From an uncultured archaeon (GTDB taxonomy: Archaea > Asgardarchaeota > Thorarchaeia > Thorarchaeales > Thorarchaeaceae), in the NCBI GenBank assembly GCA_964610875.1, contig CAZSWP010000067.1, positions 1 to 12,064 on the forward strand: 12,064 nt of DNA, given 5' to 3'. Below the pieces are notes generated by a model. The model was not told where the DNA came from and did not search any database. It saw only the letters and a list, made by a program, of their open reading frames with translations. Shown in pieces: positions 1 to 7,205 of this stretch. Within the stretch, counting starts at the first letter, position 1. Every line of letters begins with the position of its first letter. A program made the translations under genes and the position numbers.

Positions 1-1305
1 TCTGAGAATTTGTTTAGGATTACGTGGAAGAACGAGCCAGTTCCAGAAGGTGGTTTGTATAGAAATATTGCAAACTATATGGAGATTCCACCTGAAATCA
101 CAGGTGTTGAAGCTCGTATTATCGCACTTGTTGGAAAATGGTTTCCAACTGGAGCTCACAAAGTAGGTGCAACCTTTGGCTGTCTTGTTCCTCCACTTGT
201 GACAGGACAGTTTGACCCTACAACACATAAAGCAGTCTGGCCAAGTACAGGGAACTATTGCAGAGGTGGAGCGTATGACGCAACTCTTCTTGCTTGTGAG
301 AGCATTGCCATTCTGCCTGAAGAAATGTCACAGGAAAGGTTCGACTGGCTCAAGTCCGTTGCAGGAGAGATAATTGCGACTCCTGGTTGTGAGAGCAATG
401 TCAAGGAGATTTACGATAAAGTTTGGGAACTAAGAAGGACTCGTGATGATATTTATGTGTTCAATCAATTCTCTGAGTTTGGTAATTATCTCTATCACTA
501 TGATGTCACAGGAAATGCAATGAAAGAGGTACTCGACAAAGAGCTCGGCAATGATGAATATCGCGGTGTTTGCTTAACTACTGGTTCTGCTGGTACTATT
601 GCTTGTGGGGACTTCATGAAGCAGCAATATCCGACATCAAAGATTGCAGCCGGTGAGGCTGTTCAGTGTCCAACTCTCTGGCTAAATGGCTACGGCGGGC
701 ATCGGATCGAAGGTATTGGTGACAAACACGTGCCATGGATTCACAATGTCCGCAATACTGACATGATTATTGCAATTGATGATGAGGACACAATGCGACT
801 CATCAGGCTCTTTAATGAACCAGCTGGACGTAAGTATTTGACAGAAGAAGTAGGCGCCCCTGAGGAAACAGTCAACCAACTAGATCTACTGGGAATCTCA
901 AGCATTGCCAACTTATTGATGTCAATCAAATTTGCGAAGTACTATGAATTGACCAAGGATGATGTAATCATCACCGTGTTTACTGATTCCATGGAACTAT
1001 ATCAATCGAGGCTCAAAGAAGCCAAAGAGCGATTCGGTGAATATACACAAAAAGATGCGATTCGAGATTACCATCAACACCTGAAGGGCATGAAGACAGA
1101 TGCCATGATCGAGTTGGATTTCTATGATAAGAAGCGTGTTCATCATCTAAAGTATTTCACCTGGATTGAACAACAGATGTTTGAGCTTGAGAAGCTGAAT
1201 CGACAGTGGTATGATTACAAGAACTACTGGAGTGAGATTCAAGAACTAACCCCAAACATTGACGAGCTCATCATTGAATTCAACAAGTCTGTAGGTCTCT
1301 TGTAA
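1..1305 (+). CDS. PLP-dependent enzyme, fold type II (PALP / cysteine synthase-like superfamily), long form; 5'-truncated
   Basis: Frame 1 is open from base 1 (S-E-N-L-F-R...), so the true start is probably upstream of the window; stop TAA at 1303-1305. Fold-II motifs: Schiff-base Lys in FPTGAHK (codon 160-162), STGNY (cf. CysK TSGNT), phosphate loop TTGSAGT (cf. GTGGT), HRIEGIG (cf. HKIQGIG) and GISS. It also has an extra C-terminal helical segment. Confidence 0.9.
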   Translation, partial: SENLFRITWKNEPVPEGGLYRNIANYMEIPPEITGVEARIIALVGKWFPTGAHKVGATFGCLVPPLVTGQFDPTTHKAVWPSTGNYCRGGAYDATLLACESIAILPEEMSQERFDWLKSVAGEIIATPGCESNVKEIYDKVWELRRTRDDIYVFNQFSEFGNYLYHYDVTGNAMKEVLDKELGNDEYRGVCLTTGSAGTIACGDFMKQQYPTSKIAAGEAVQCPTLWLNGYGGHRIEGIGDKHVPWIHNVRNTDMIIAIDDEDTMRLIRLFNEPAGRKYLTEEVGAPEETVNQLDLLGISSIANLLMSIKFAKYYELTKDDVIITVFTDSMELYQSRLKEAKERFGEYTQKDAIRDYHQHLKGMKTDAMIELDFYDKKRVHHLKYFTWIEQQMFELEKLNRQWYDYKNYWSEIQELTPNIDELIIEFNKSVGLL

Positions 1306-1319
1306 TTGAGAATAATGAT

Positions 1320-1325
1320 GGTGAT
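1320..1325 (+). promoter_or_regulatory. Shine-Dalgarno-like site (GGTGAT) for the LRR gene
   Basis: GGTGAT lies 5 nt before TTG 1331. An in-frame TGA at 1322-1324 rules out an earlier start. Confidence 0.6.
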
Positions 1326-1330
1326 CGATC

Positions 1331-2515
1331 TTGAATGAGTTCGTCATCAGCTATACTTCTCCATTTGGAAGGCAGCAAGAAACAGGATACTGTACAAATG
1401 ATACGAGAATTGACCTCTATATGCGTAGTGTACAGGAGATTGAACTAGAACCTATCTCATCTTGTCACCAGCTTCAAGTTCTTGAACTCTCCAAGAATCA
1501 GATTCAAGAGATCGATCTCAATCCTCTAGCATCCTGTTCGAAGCTACGTCGTATACGGATTCGAGAAAATCGACTTGAATCAATCAATCTTTGGCCACTA
1601 TCTGGGAATGACTCACTTGAGGAGATAGACCTGGCTTCAAACGATATCAAAGAATTAGATGCATCTCCTGTTCTTCCTCGTTCTCTTGTCATTTTAGATT
1701 GGACTGTGAAAGTACTTCTCAATCCTGTTTTTAGATATACACTCCGTTTGCGTGATATGTCACGAATACGAATGGAAGGGTCCCATCCAGATACAGAAAC
1801 CCTTACGCCCATGATTGAATGGATTGATTACAAAGAGCAATCTAAGAAATTAGGATGGTGTGAGGTATCAAGAAGAATTGAATTACTATTTAGAAGATTT
1901 ACTCAAGAAGACTGGTTTGCATTTCAACGTGGACTATTGAAAGGATTCTCATTGGAAGAATTGGGAGGCTTCGATGGAGACCCTTCCAGACTGTTCAATA
2001 TCTGGAAGGAAGCAAAGTCCTTTGATGAAGCTAGAAATCGAATATATGACAGCACAATCAATCTTCTTGAAATCCAGGTAAAGAATAGAGGTTCAACACT
2101 GTTCCTAGATGTTGATAAAATGCAATATACTAGAGCCAGCAAGCTGATTCCTGAAATCGCAAGTAGACGGGCTAAAGAGATTGCGAGAGCTCCAGTACAT
2201 GTTGAGAACGGCAGAGTGAATCTCAGAAACCTGTGCTTGACCCATCATGGTCTGAGTCTTGTGATGGCACTTGGTCTTGGCACCACCACTGATTCTAGTG
2301 GACTCAATCGTCTTAGGAATGCTTTCAACCAAATTGGCCTGACTCTTAATACGACTGATGATCTATTGGAGTCCGAGGTCAAGGCTTCATCTGGATTGAA
2401 ACAACATGTTTACAATCTTGTTGAATCCTCAAGAAGAGAAGAGAAGGATGAACGTCCAGCTTTATGGTCCTTTCATTCTCCACCCTATGTTCGCAGGTTA
2501 GATCCCGAAGAATAG
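1331..2515 (+). CDS. Leucine-rich repeat protein (about four 24-aa LRRs plus an uncharacterised C-terminal domain)
   Basis: 394-aa ORF with repeats LQVLELSKNQIQEIDLNPLASCSK / LRRIRIRENRLESINLWPLSGNDS / LEEIDLASNDIKELDASPV matching LxxLxLxxNxIxxIDLxPL. TTG start with an SD-like site. No signal peptide or TM helix seen. Confidence 0.88.
   Translation: MNEFVISYTSPFGRQQETGYCTNDTRIDLYMRSVQEIELEPISSCHQLQVLELSKNQIQEIDLNPLASCSKLRRIRIRENRLESINLWPLSGNDSLEEIDLASNDIKELDASPVLPRSLVILDWTVKVLLNPVFRYTLRLRDMSRIRMEGSHPDTETLTPMIEWIDYKEQSKKLGWCEVSRRIELLFRRFTQEDWFAFQRGLLKGFSLEELGGFDGDPSRLFNIWKEAKSFDEARNRIYDSTINLLEIQVKNRGSTLFLDVDKMQYTRASKLIPEIASRRAKEIARAPVHVENGRVNLRNLCLTHHGLSLVMALGLGTTTDSSGLNRLRNAFNQIGLTLNTTDDLLESEVKASSGLKQHVYNLVESSRREEKDERPALWSFHSPPYVRRLDPEE
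1400..1672 (+). repeat. LRR-encoding tandem repeat (about 4 x 72 nt, degenerate)
   Basis: 24-aa periodicity over aa ~24-114 of the LRR ORF. Residual DNA similarity, e.g. caggagattgaactagaacct vs caagagatcgatctcaatcct. Confidence 0.75.
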
Positions 2516-2625
2516 ATATTGGATAACTCAGAATCCCTTTTCCAATCGTGAATGCGAACTCGTTTTCTATATCACCCAAGAATCCATAAGGTAGTAGATG
2601 AATTCCAATTGAATCAAAAAGTTGT

Positions 2626-3225
2626 TTGATAGTTATGGGAAATGAGAATGTTGATGTAAAATCAGCTTTGAAGATATTCAGAAATAGCTGGATTCATGAA
2701 AATGATGTTCAACCATTGTTAGATATGGAAAAGGAAGCACGAGATAGAATTGAGGAAATACTTCAGACCGTATCTGATGGGCATCTTAAAAACAAGCTTG
2801 TAGAATATATCCAATACTTGCCAATGATGAGAGCTAGTGGTCTCAATCCGGTAATGGAGAATAATACTGTATCTGCAATAAAGGAAGCATTCTCCGTTCT
2901 ATTCAACAATAAAAAATCAGAGAAGGATAGATTGAAAGCTTTTTGGAACTTGGAGAGTGTTGGAAAGAAATATGCATCTTACTTCATGGATATAGCCACC
3001 AGAGGGGAGTATCTGTTTTACGATGTTACTCTACTCAAAGCACTGAAACAGATTGAACCAAAAATGTTGCCTGATGACTTCTATGATGTAGAATCAATAG
3101 ATGACATGCTGAAGTTTATGGAAGCATGTCGCAAAGTCTACAAGAAATACGGCTTCACCTCTTTTGCTGAGCTCAGAGGATTCTTGTGGAATGGTTATGG
3201 GTCAAGATGGACATTTGATATATAG
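2626..3225 (+). CDS. Hypothetical protein; probable HhH-GPD superfamily DNA glycosylase-like (start TTG 2626 or ATG 2635)
   Basis: 199-aa ORF. LESVGKKYASYFM resembles a helix-hairpin-helix motif (cf. Ogg2 GIGYKEASHFL). K115 (2968-2970) and D133 (3022-3024) are 18 residues apart, as in EndoIII K120/D138. The C-terminal AELRGFLW resembles the Ogg2 ELDLYIW helix. Confidence 0.65.
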   Translation: MIVMGNENVDVKSALKIFRNSWIHENDVQPLLDMEKEARDRIEEILQTVSDGHLKNKLVEYIQYLPMMRASGLNPVMENNTVSAIKEAFSVLFNNKKSEKDRLKAFWNLESVGKKYASYFMDIATRGEYLFYDVTLLKALKQIEPKMLPDDFYDVESIDDMLKFMEACRKVYKKYGFTSFAELRGFLWNGYGSRWTFDI

Positions 3226-3231
3226 AAGATG

Positions 3232-3267
3232 TTTTTGTTTCTTTGGTTGTCCTAGACCAAAGACAAA
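3232..3267 (+). terminator. T-rich tract plus hairpin after the glycosylase-like gene (putative terminator)
   Basis: TTTTTGTTTCTTT begins 7 nt after the stop. A perfect 8-bp inverted repeat TCTTTGGT (3240-3247) / ACCAAAGA (3256-3263) extends by TTTG/CAAA across a 2-nt bulge. Confidence 0.5.
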
Positions 3268-3324
3268 TATGTAAGAACCATGCTCAGAAGTAATCACTTG
3301 GATTGAGAGAGGGTTGCTTGGCAA

Positions 3325-5427
3325 ATGACTTTGAAATATCCACACACTACGAAGAAGGACATAGTTGATGAAATACACGGAAAGAAAATTGTAGATCCAT
3401 ACCGATGGCTTGAGGATTCAACTAGCGAAGAAGTGCAGAACTGGATAACGCAACAGAATGAATTCACAAATTCGTTATTGCAACAATATTCTGGTGAAGA
3501 GAGAATCAAAAAGCGACTAAAGGAACTTTTCACATATGACTATATTATGGCTAATTACTTTCAAGTTACTAAGATTGCAGATGGTCCTAGATTCTTCTAT
3601 TATTTCAGAAAGGCAAACGAAGACCAGCCATCATTATGTTATCAAGATGGCGAAGATGGAGAACGTATTACACTCTACAATCCATTAGAAAAGTCAGATG
3701 AAGGAATTGTAGCAATTGACTGGTTTGTGCCCAGTCATGATGGTTCTTATGTTGCCTTTGGAATTTCTGAGGGTGGAACCGAGATGAGTGTACTCCATAT
3801 CATGGAGGTTGAATCCAAGAAACTACTTGATGAGAGAATTACACAGACAAAATGGTGTGACTTGGTTTGGTACAAAAATAATGGTTTCTTCTACAGCCGC
3901 TACCCTCTCCCTGGTACAGTTTCTCCAGAAGACGAACACTACTATCATCATGTGTATTATCACAAAATTGGTGACGATTACAGAGATGATGTGAAAATAT
4001 TCGGCGAAGGTCGACCAAAGACCGAACATCCCTCAATGGTAATTAGCGATGACTACTCTCTTCTCTCTGTTTGCAGTTACAGATTCATAAGTTCAGACAT
4101 TCACGTTGCAGCAATAAATCCAGATGATCCAGCTTCATTGGAATTCATTCCAGTCATTGAAAATGATGAGGCACAAAGTTTTCCGTATTTTAGTGGGAAT
4201 GAATTATTTGTCCTAACACAACTCGATGCACCGAATGGAAGAATCATAAAATATGACCTTTCAGATTTCAAGAAAAAGCAAGAAATTCCTGAAGGAACCA
4301 CTGTTGTTCCAGAGAGCGATGGTGTGATATTTGGTGTAGAGTATCCAAGAGTAATTGTGTTTGGTGACAAACTAGCCACTGTAGAAATGCATCAGGCATC
4401 CTCCTCATTGAAGATTTACAATAAAGATTCTGGTGAACTGGTTGATGATGTTGACTTCGGAACTCATGTTACCATCTACCAAATTGCCTCCGCTCCAGGA
4501 TTGAATACATTCTACTTTGGTCTTGGTTCATTCTTTTACCCAGCATCACATTACAGGTATACCAAAGATGATTCCAAGCCATTCTACACTCCTGAACTGG
4601 AGTTGGACCCAGATAGGTTTCAGTCAACATTGGAATGGTATGAGTCAAAAGATGGCACTAATGTATCGATGTTCCTTCTCTCAAAAAGAGGAGTAGAGTT
4701 TTCAGAAAAAACTCCGGTTACTCTTACAGGCTATGGAGGGTTTGGAATTTCACTAACGCCAAGTTTCTCACCTGTCTATATAGCATGGCTTGAACAAGGT
4801 GGAGTGATAGCGCTCCCTCATCTTAGAGGTGGAGGCGAGTATGGACAAGCCTGGCACCGAGCAGGAAATCGCGAGAGCAAACAGAATGTATTTGATGATT
4901 TTATCTATGCTGCGAAATGGTTGGCAGACAACAAAATTGGAAGTAGCAATACTATTTCGATACGTGGTGGAAGTAATGGTGGTCTTTTGGTTGGAGCTGC
5001 ACTTGTTCAGAGCCCAGAATCTTTTGCATGTGTCGCATGCCATGTCCCCCTGTTAGATATGATTCGTTATACGAATTTCTCTGTAGCCAAGACATGGGCT
5101 TCCGAGTATGGAGACCCTGATAATGAAGAAGAGTTTGGTTGGCTCTTTTCTTACAGTCCATATCACCATGTAAAGGAAGGTGTGAAGTATCCTGCAACTT
5201 TCTTACACACAGCATTAGGCGATACTCGCGTTGACTCCATGCATGCATTCAAAATGGCCGCAAAAATGCAGAGCTTTGCTGAGGAAGTGGGGAATGAGAA
5301 TCCATTAGTATTGTATGTTGAAAGTAAAACGGGACATGGTGCAGGTACTCCCATTGAGAAGACTGTAGATTTGTACACGAAAGCACTTGTGTTCCAAGCG
5401 CGTCATACTGGATTGAAGATAGAGTAA
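3325..5427 (+). CDS. Prolyl oligopeptidase (peptidase family S9A), cytoplasmic
   Basis: 700 aa. N-terminal DPYRWLED, a beta-propeller region, GYGGFG, RGGGEYG, nucleophile motif GGSNGG, catalytic Asp in DTRV and His in GHG. No signal peptide. Confidence 0.96.
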   Translation: MTLKYPHTTKKDIVDEIHGKKIVDPYRWLEDSTSEEVQNWITQQNEFTNSLLQQYSGEERIKKRLKELFTYDYIMANYFQVTKIADGPRFFYYFRKANEDQPSLCYQDGEDGERITLYNPLEKSDEGIVAIDWFVPSHDGSYVAFGISEGGTEMSVLHIMEVESKKLLDERITQTKWCDLVWYKNNGFFYSRYPLPGTVSPEDEHYYHHVYYHKIGDDYRDDVKIFGEGRPKTEHPSMVISDDYSLLSVCSYRFISSDIHVAAINPDDPASLEFIPVIENDEAQSFPYFSGNELFVLTQLDAPNGRIIKYDLSDFKKKQEIPEGTTVVPESDGVIFGVEYPRVIVFGDKLATVEMHQASSSLKIYNKDSGELVDDVDFGTHVTIYQIASAPGLNTFYFGLGSFFYPASHYRYTKDDSKPFYTPELELDPDRFQSTLEWYESKDGTNVSMFLLSKRGVEFSEKTPVTLTGYGGFGISLTPSFSPVYIAWLEQGGVIALPHLRGGGEYGQAWHRAGNRESKQNVFDDFIYAAKWLADNKIGSSNTISIRGGSNGGLLVGAALVQSPESFACVACHVPLLDMIRYTNFSVAKTWASEYGDPDNEEEFGWLFSYSPYHHVKEGVKYPATFLHTALGDTRVDSMHAFKMAAKMQSFAEEVGNENPLVLYVESKTGHGAGTPIEKTVDLYTKALVFQARHTGLKIE

Positions 5428-5467
5428 CTATTGAACAAACATCTTTGATGGTATGATAACATTTGAG

Positions 5468-6199
5468 TTAGTGTTTCTTAGATGAAGCACTATCCAATAG
5501 TTTCTCTGCATTTTTGATGTGGTGTTCAATAGTAGCCTTATCATATGATGGAGCTGGAGATGCCAAGAGTTGCGTAACGCCAGTTATGCGATAGTTTCTT
5601 CGTTTTAATGCGTCAATCAATCTCCGATGAATTGATGGACATGCAACTGTGAAATGAATGATTTCATCAAAAGATGATACAAATCTTTTCCACATATCAC
5701 TCCCCTTTTCAATTGTGTGAATTGCATCCATTCGTTCTGCTTGCCACATGAAACTGATTTGCTTGAACATGTTTTCCAATAATTCATCAAGCTGATCATT
5801 CTCCTTGAAGGTAGTTCTCAGTGATGTTATGATTGCCATGGGATAATATGGCAATGACCCATTTTGAGTATAATAGTCCCTCATTGTACTAATACTGAAA
5901 GTGAATGGTATCAATGCGAAATGACCACGTATAACGCCAACTACTTCTCCTGAGTTTTTATCCTCAGCCCATATTTGGAATAATCGTGCACCTTTGGACT
6001 GGATATCTGGAGTATTTCCCGACCAATCATAGAGGTTCGTATAATCGAGAGCCCAAGATCCAAGTTCTTCTAGTACATGAGAGGAATCAATATCTGACCT
6101 AGTATCATATAGTTGATCCAATATGCTTGCAACATCGAATTCTGTCATGCGTTCGACATCTATGGGTTCTTGTAGTCCATCATGAAATATGAGATCCAC
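5468..6199 (-). CDS. Hypothetical protein, possibly a degenerate GNAT (acetyltransferase) fold
   Basis: 243-aa ORF with a GTG start preceded by GGAGGA on the minus strand. The segments FQIWAEDKNSGEVVGVIRG, AIITSLRT and LIDALKRRNYRITG occur in GNAT strand/helix order, but there is no R/QxxGxG/A motif. Confidence 0.6.
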   Translation of the reverse strand: MDLIFHDGLQEPIDVERMTEFDVASILDQLYDTRSDIDSSHVLEELGSWALDYTNLYDWSGNTPDIQSKGARLFQIWAEDKNSGEVVGVIRGHFALIPFTFSISTMRDYYTQNGSLPYYPMAIITSLRTTFKENDQLDELLENMFKQISFMWQAERMDAIHTIEKGSDMWKRFVSSFDEIIHFTVACPSIHRRLIDALKRRNYRITGVTQLLASPAPSYDKATIEHHIKNAEKLLDSASSKKH

Positions 6200-6205
6200 A
6201 GGTAA

Positions 6206-6211
6206 TCCTCC
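6206..6211 (-). promoter_or_regulatory. Shine-Dalgarno site GGAGGA for the 5468..6199 gene
   Basis: The minus strand reads gatGGAGGAttacctGTG, with a 6-nt spacer. Confidence 0.65.
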
Positions 6212-6264
6212 ATCTCTAGCGTGCTATGGTGGAAAATTAGGTGAATGCATATGAAGAATATGGT

Positions 6265-6984
6265 TTATTGAATAGCATCTCTCGATCTTCTATAAGCCGC
6301 ATTATCTCGTTTTCTGATATCTTCCTCGGAAATCAATGGCTGAGATACTTGGTTCAGTAACTCTTGTGATATGGTCCCTTTTCCAATTAACATGAATCCG
6401 GCTTTTTCTGCAGCTTCAGTAACCAAAGCTGCTTTTTCGATGTTGCTCTTCATGTGCGATGCATGAGGTCTAATTAGATGACTAACTAACTCAACACCTG
6501 AATTCCTAGCTATCTCTTTGAAGATAAATTTCACTACATCTGAATTCTCCTTCTCCCACCAATCACCTGAAGTTATTAGGACTATTTTTGAAACTTGCAT
6601 GTCATCGTGGAACTTCGCTCTTGTCCTACCATCTTCAAATCGGAGAATTGGTTCAATGACTGGCATCATCCGATTTAGGAAATTCTGAAATGCCCCCGGA
6701 AGCGGTAGGTAGATGGGTGTGGCGAAAACAAGAATGTGCGATTTCCGCATTTTATCTAGTGCTTCGTTCATATCATCGGTATGGATGCATACTCCAACTT
6801 TTTTGTACCAGCATTGAAAATCTCCAATGCAAGGACGGATTTTCATTTTCTTTGGATATAAAATCTCAACATCAGCTCCAGCATCAGTCATCCCTTTCAC
6901 AAATGGTTTCAGTATTCTCGCTGTGTTTCCCTTATCCATGTTTGGACTACCATTTATAGCTAAAACCCTAGTCACAATACTCAC
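6265..6984 (-). CDS. Flavodoxin-family protein (iron-sulfur flavoprotein / NADPH-dependent FMN reductase-like); likely start GTG at 6975
   Basis: INGSPNMDKGNT FMN-phosphate loop, CIGDFQCWYKKVGVC cluster motif, DDM, VFATPIY and NFLNR are typical of the ISF/FMN_red family. GGTGAG lies 4 nt before GTG 6975 (MTRVLAINGSP). Confidence 0.9.
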   Translation of the reverse strand: MSIVTRVLAINGSPNMDKGNTARILKPFVKGMTDAGADVEILYPKKMKIRPCIGDFQCWYKKVGVCIHTDDMNEALDKMRKSHILVFATPIYLPLPGAFQNFLNRMMPVIEPILRFEDGRTRAKFHDDMQVSKIVLITSGDWWEKENSDVVKFIFKEIARNSGVELVSHLIRPHASHMKSNIEKAALVTEAAEKAGFMLIGKGTISQELLNQVSQPLISEEDIRKRDNAAYRRSRDAIQ

Positions 6985-7020
6985 CAGTTGGAAAATATCT
7001 GATCACCAATAGGGAACTTC

Positions 7021-7029
7021 ACTATAAAC
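7021..7029 (-). promoter_or_regulatory. Putative archaeal TATA box for the flavoprotein/GNAT-like transcript
   Basis: The minus strand reads GTTTATAGT about 40-50 nt upstream of the candidate starts, within a divergent intergenic region. Confidence 0.35.
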
Positions 7030-7205
7030 TCTATGGATATTCTCCGAATCAATTTTTGTTTTCTTGTAATCAGTTCGTTCTCTAGTATTTAGGAACAGAA
7101 AATATGAACGGAACTCAAGTAATCAATTTGTATCCTTTCAGAAAGTCGTCTAGTTTTTTAGGTGGATTGCATGATGTAGATTATCACGTTTGGGAGAATC
7201 TACCC

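Noticed and set aside
2518-2546. ATTGGA...TCCAAT inverted repeat after the LRR gene
   Set aside because: Only 6 bp with a long loop, which is expected by chance.
3325-6984. RiPP-like cluster (prolyl oligopeptidase as macrocyclase, plus GNAT and flavoprotein)
   Set aside because: No precursor-peptide ORF in the short spacers. The genes are convergent, and the peptidase looks like an ordinary housekeeping S9A enzyme.
7072-7115. Imperfect inverted repeat AGTTCGTTC...GAACGGAACT in the divergent spacer
   Set aside because: Bulged 9-bp arms with a 25-nt spacer; too weak to call without comparative data.
7104-7205. 34-codon N-terminal extension of the surface protein from ATG 7104
   Set aside because: It would bury the signal peptide. 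ATG 7206 has an SD-like site and gives a canonical signal sequence.
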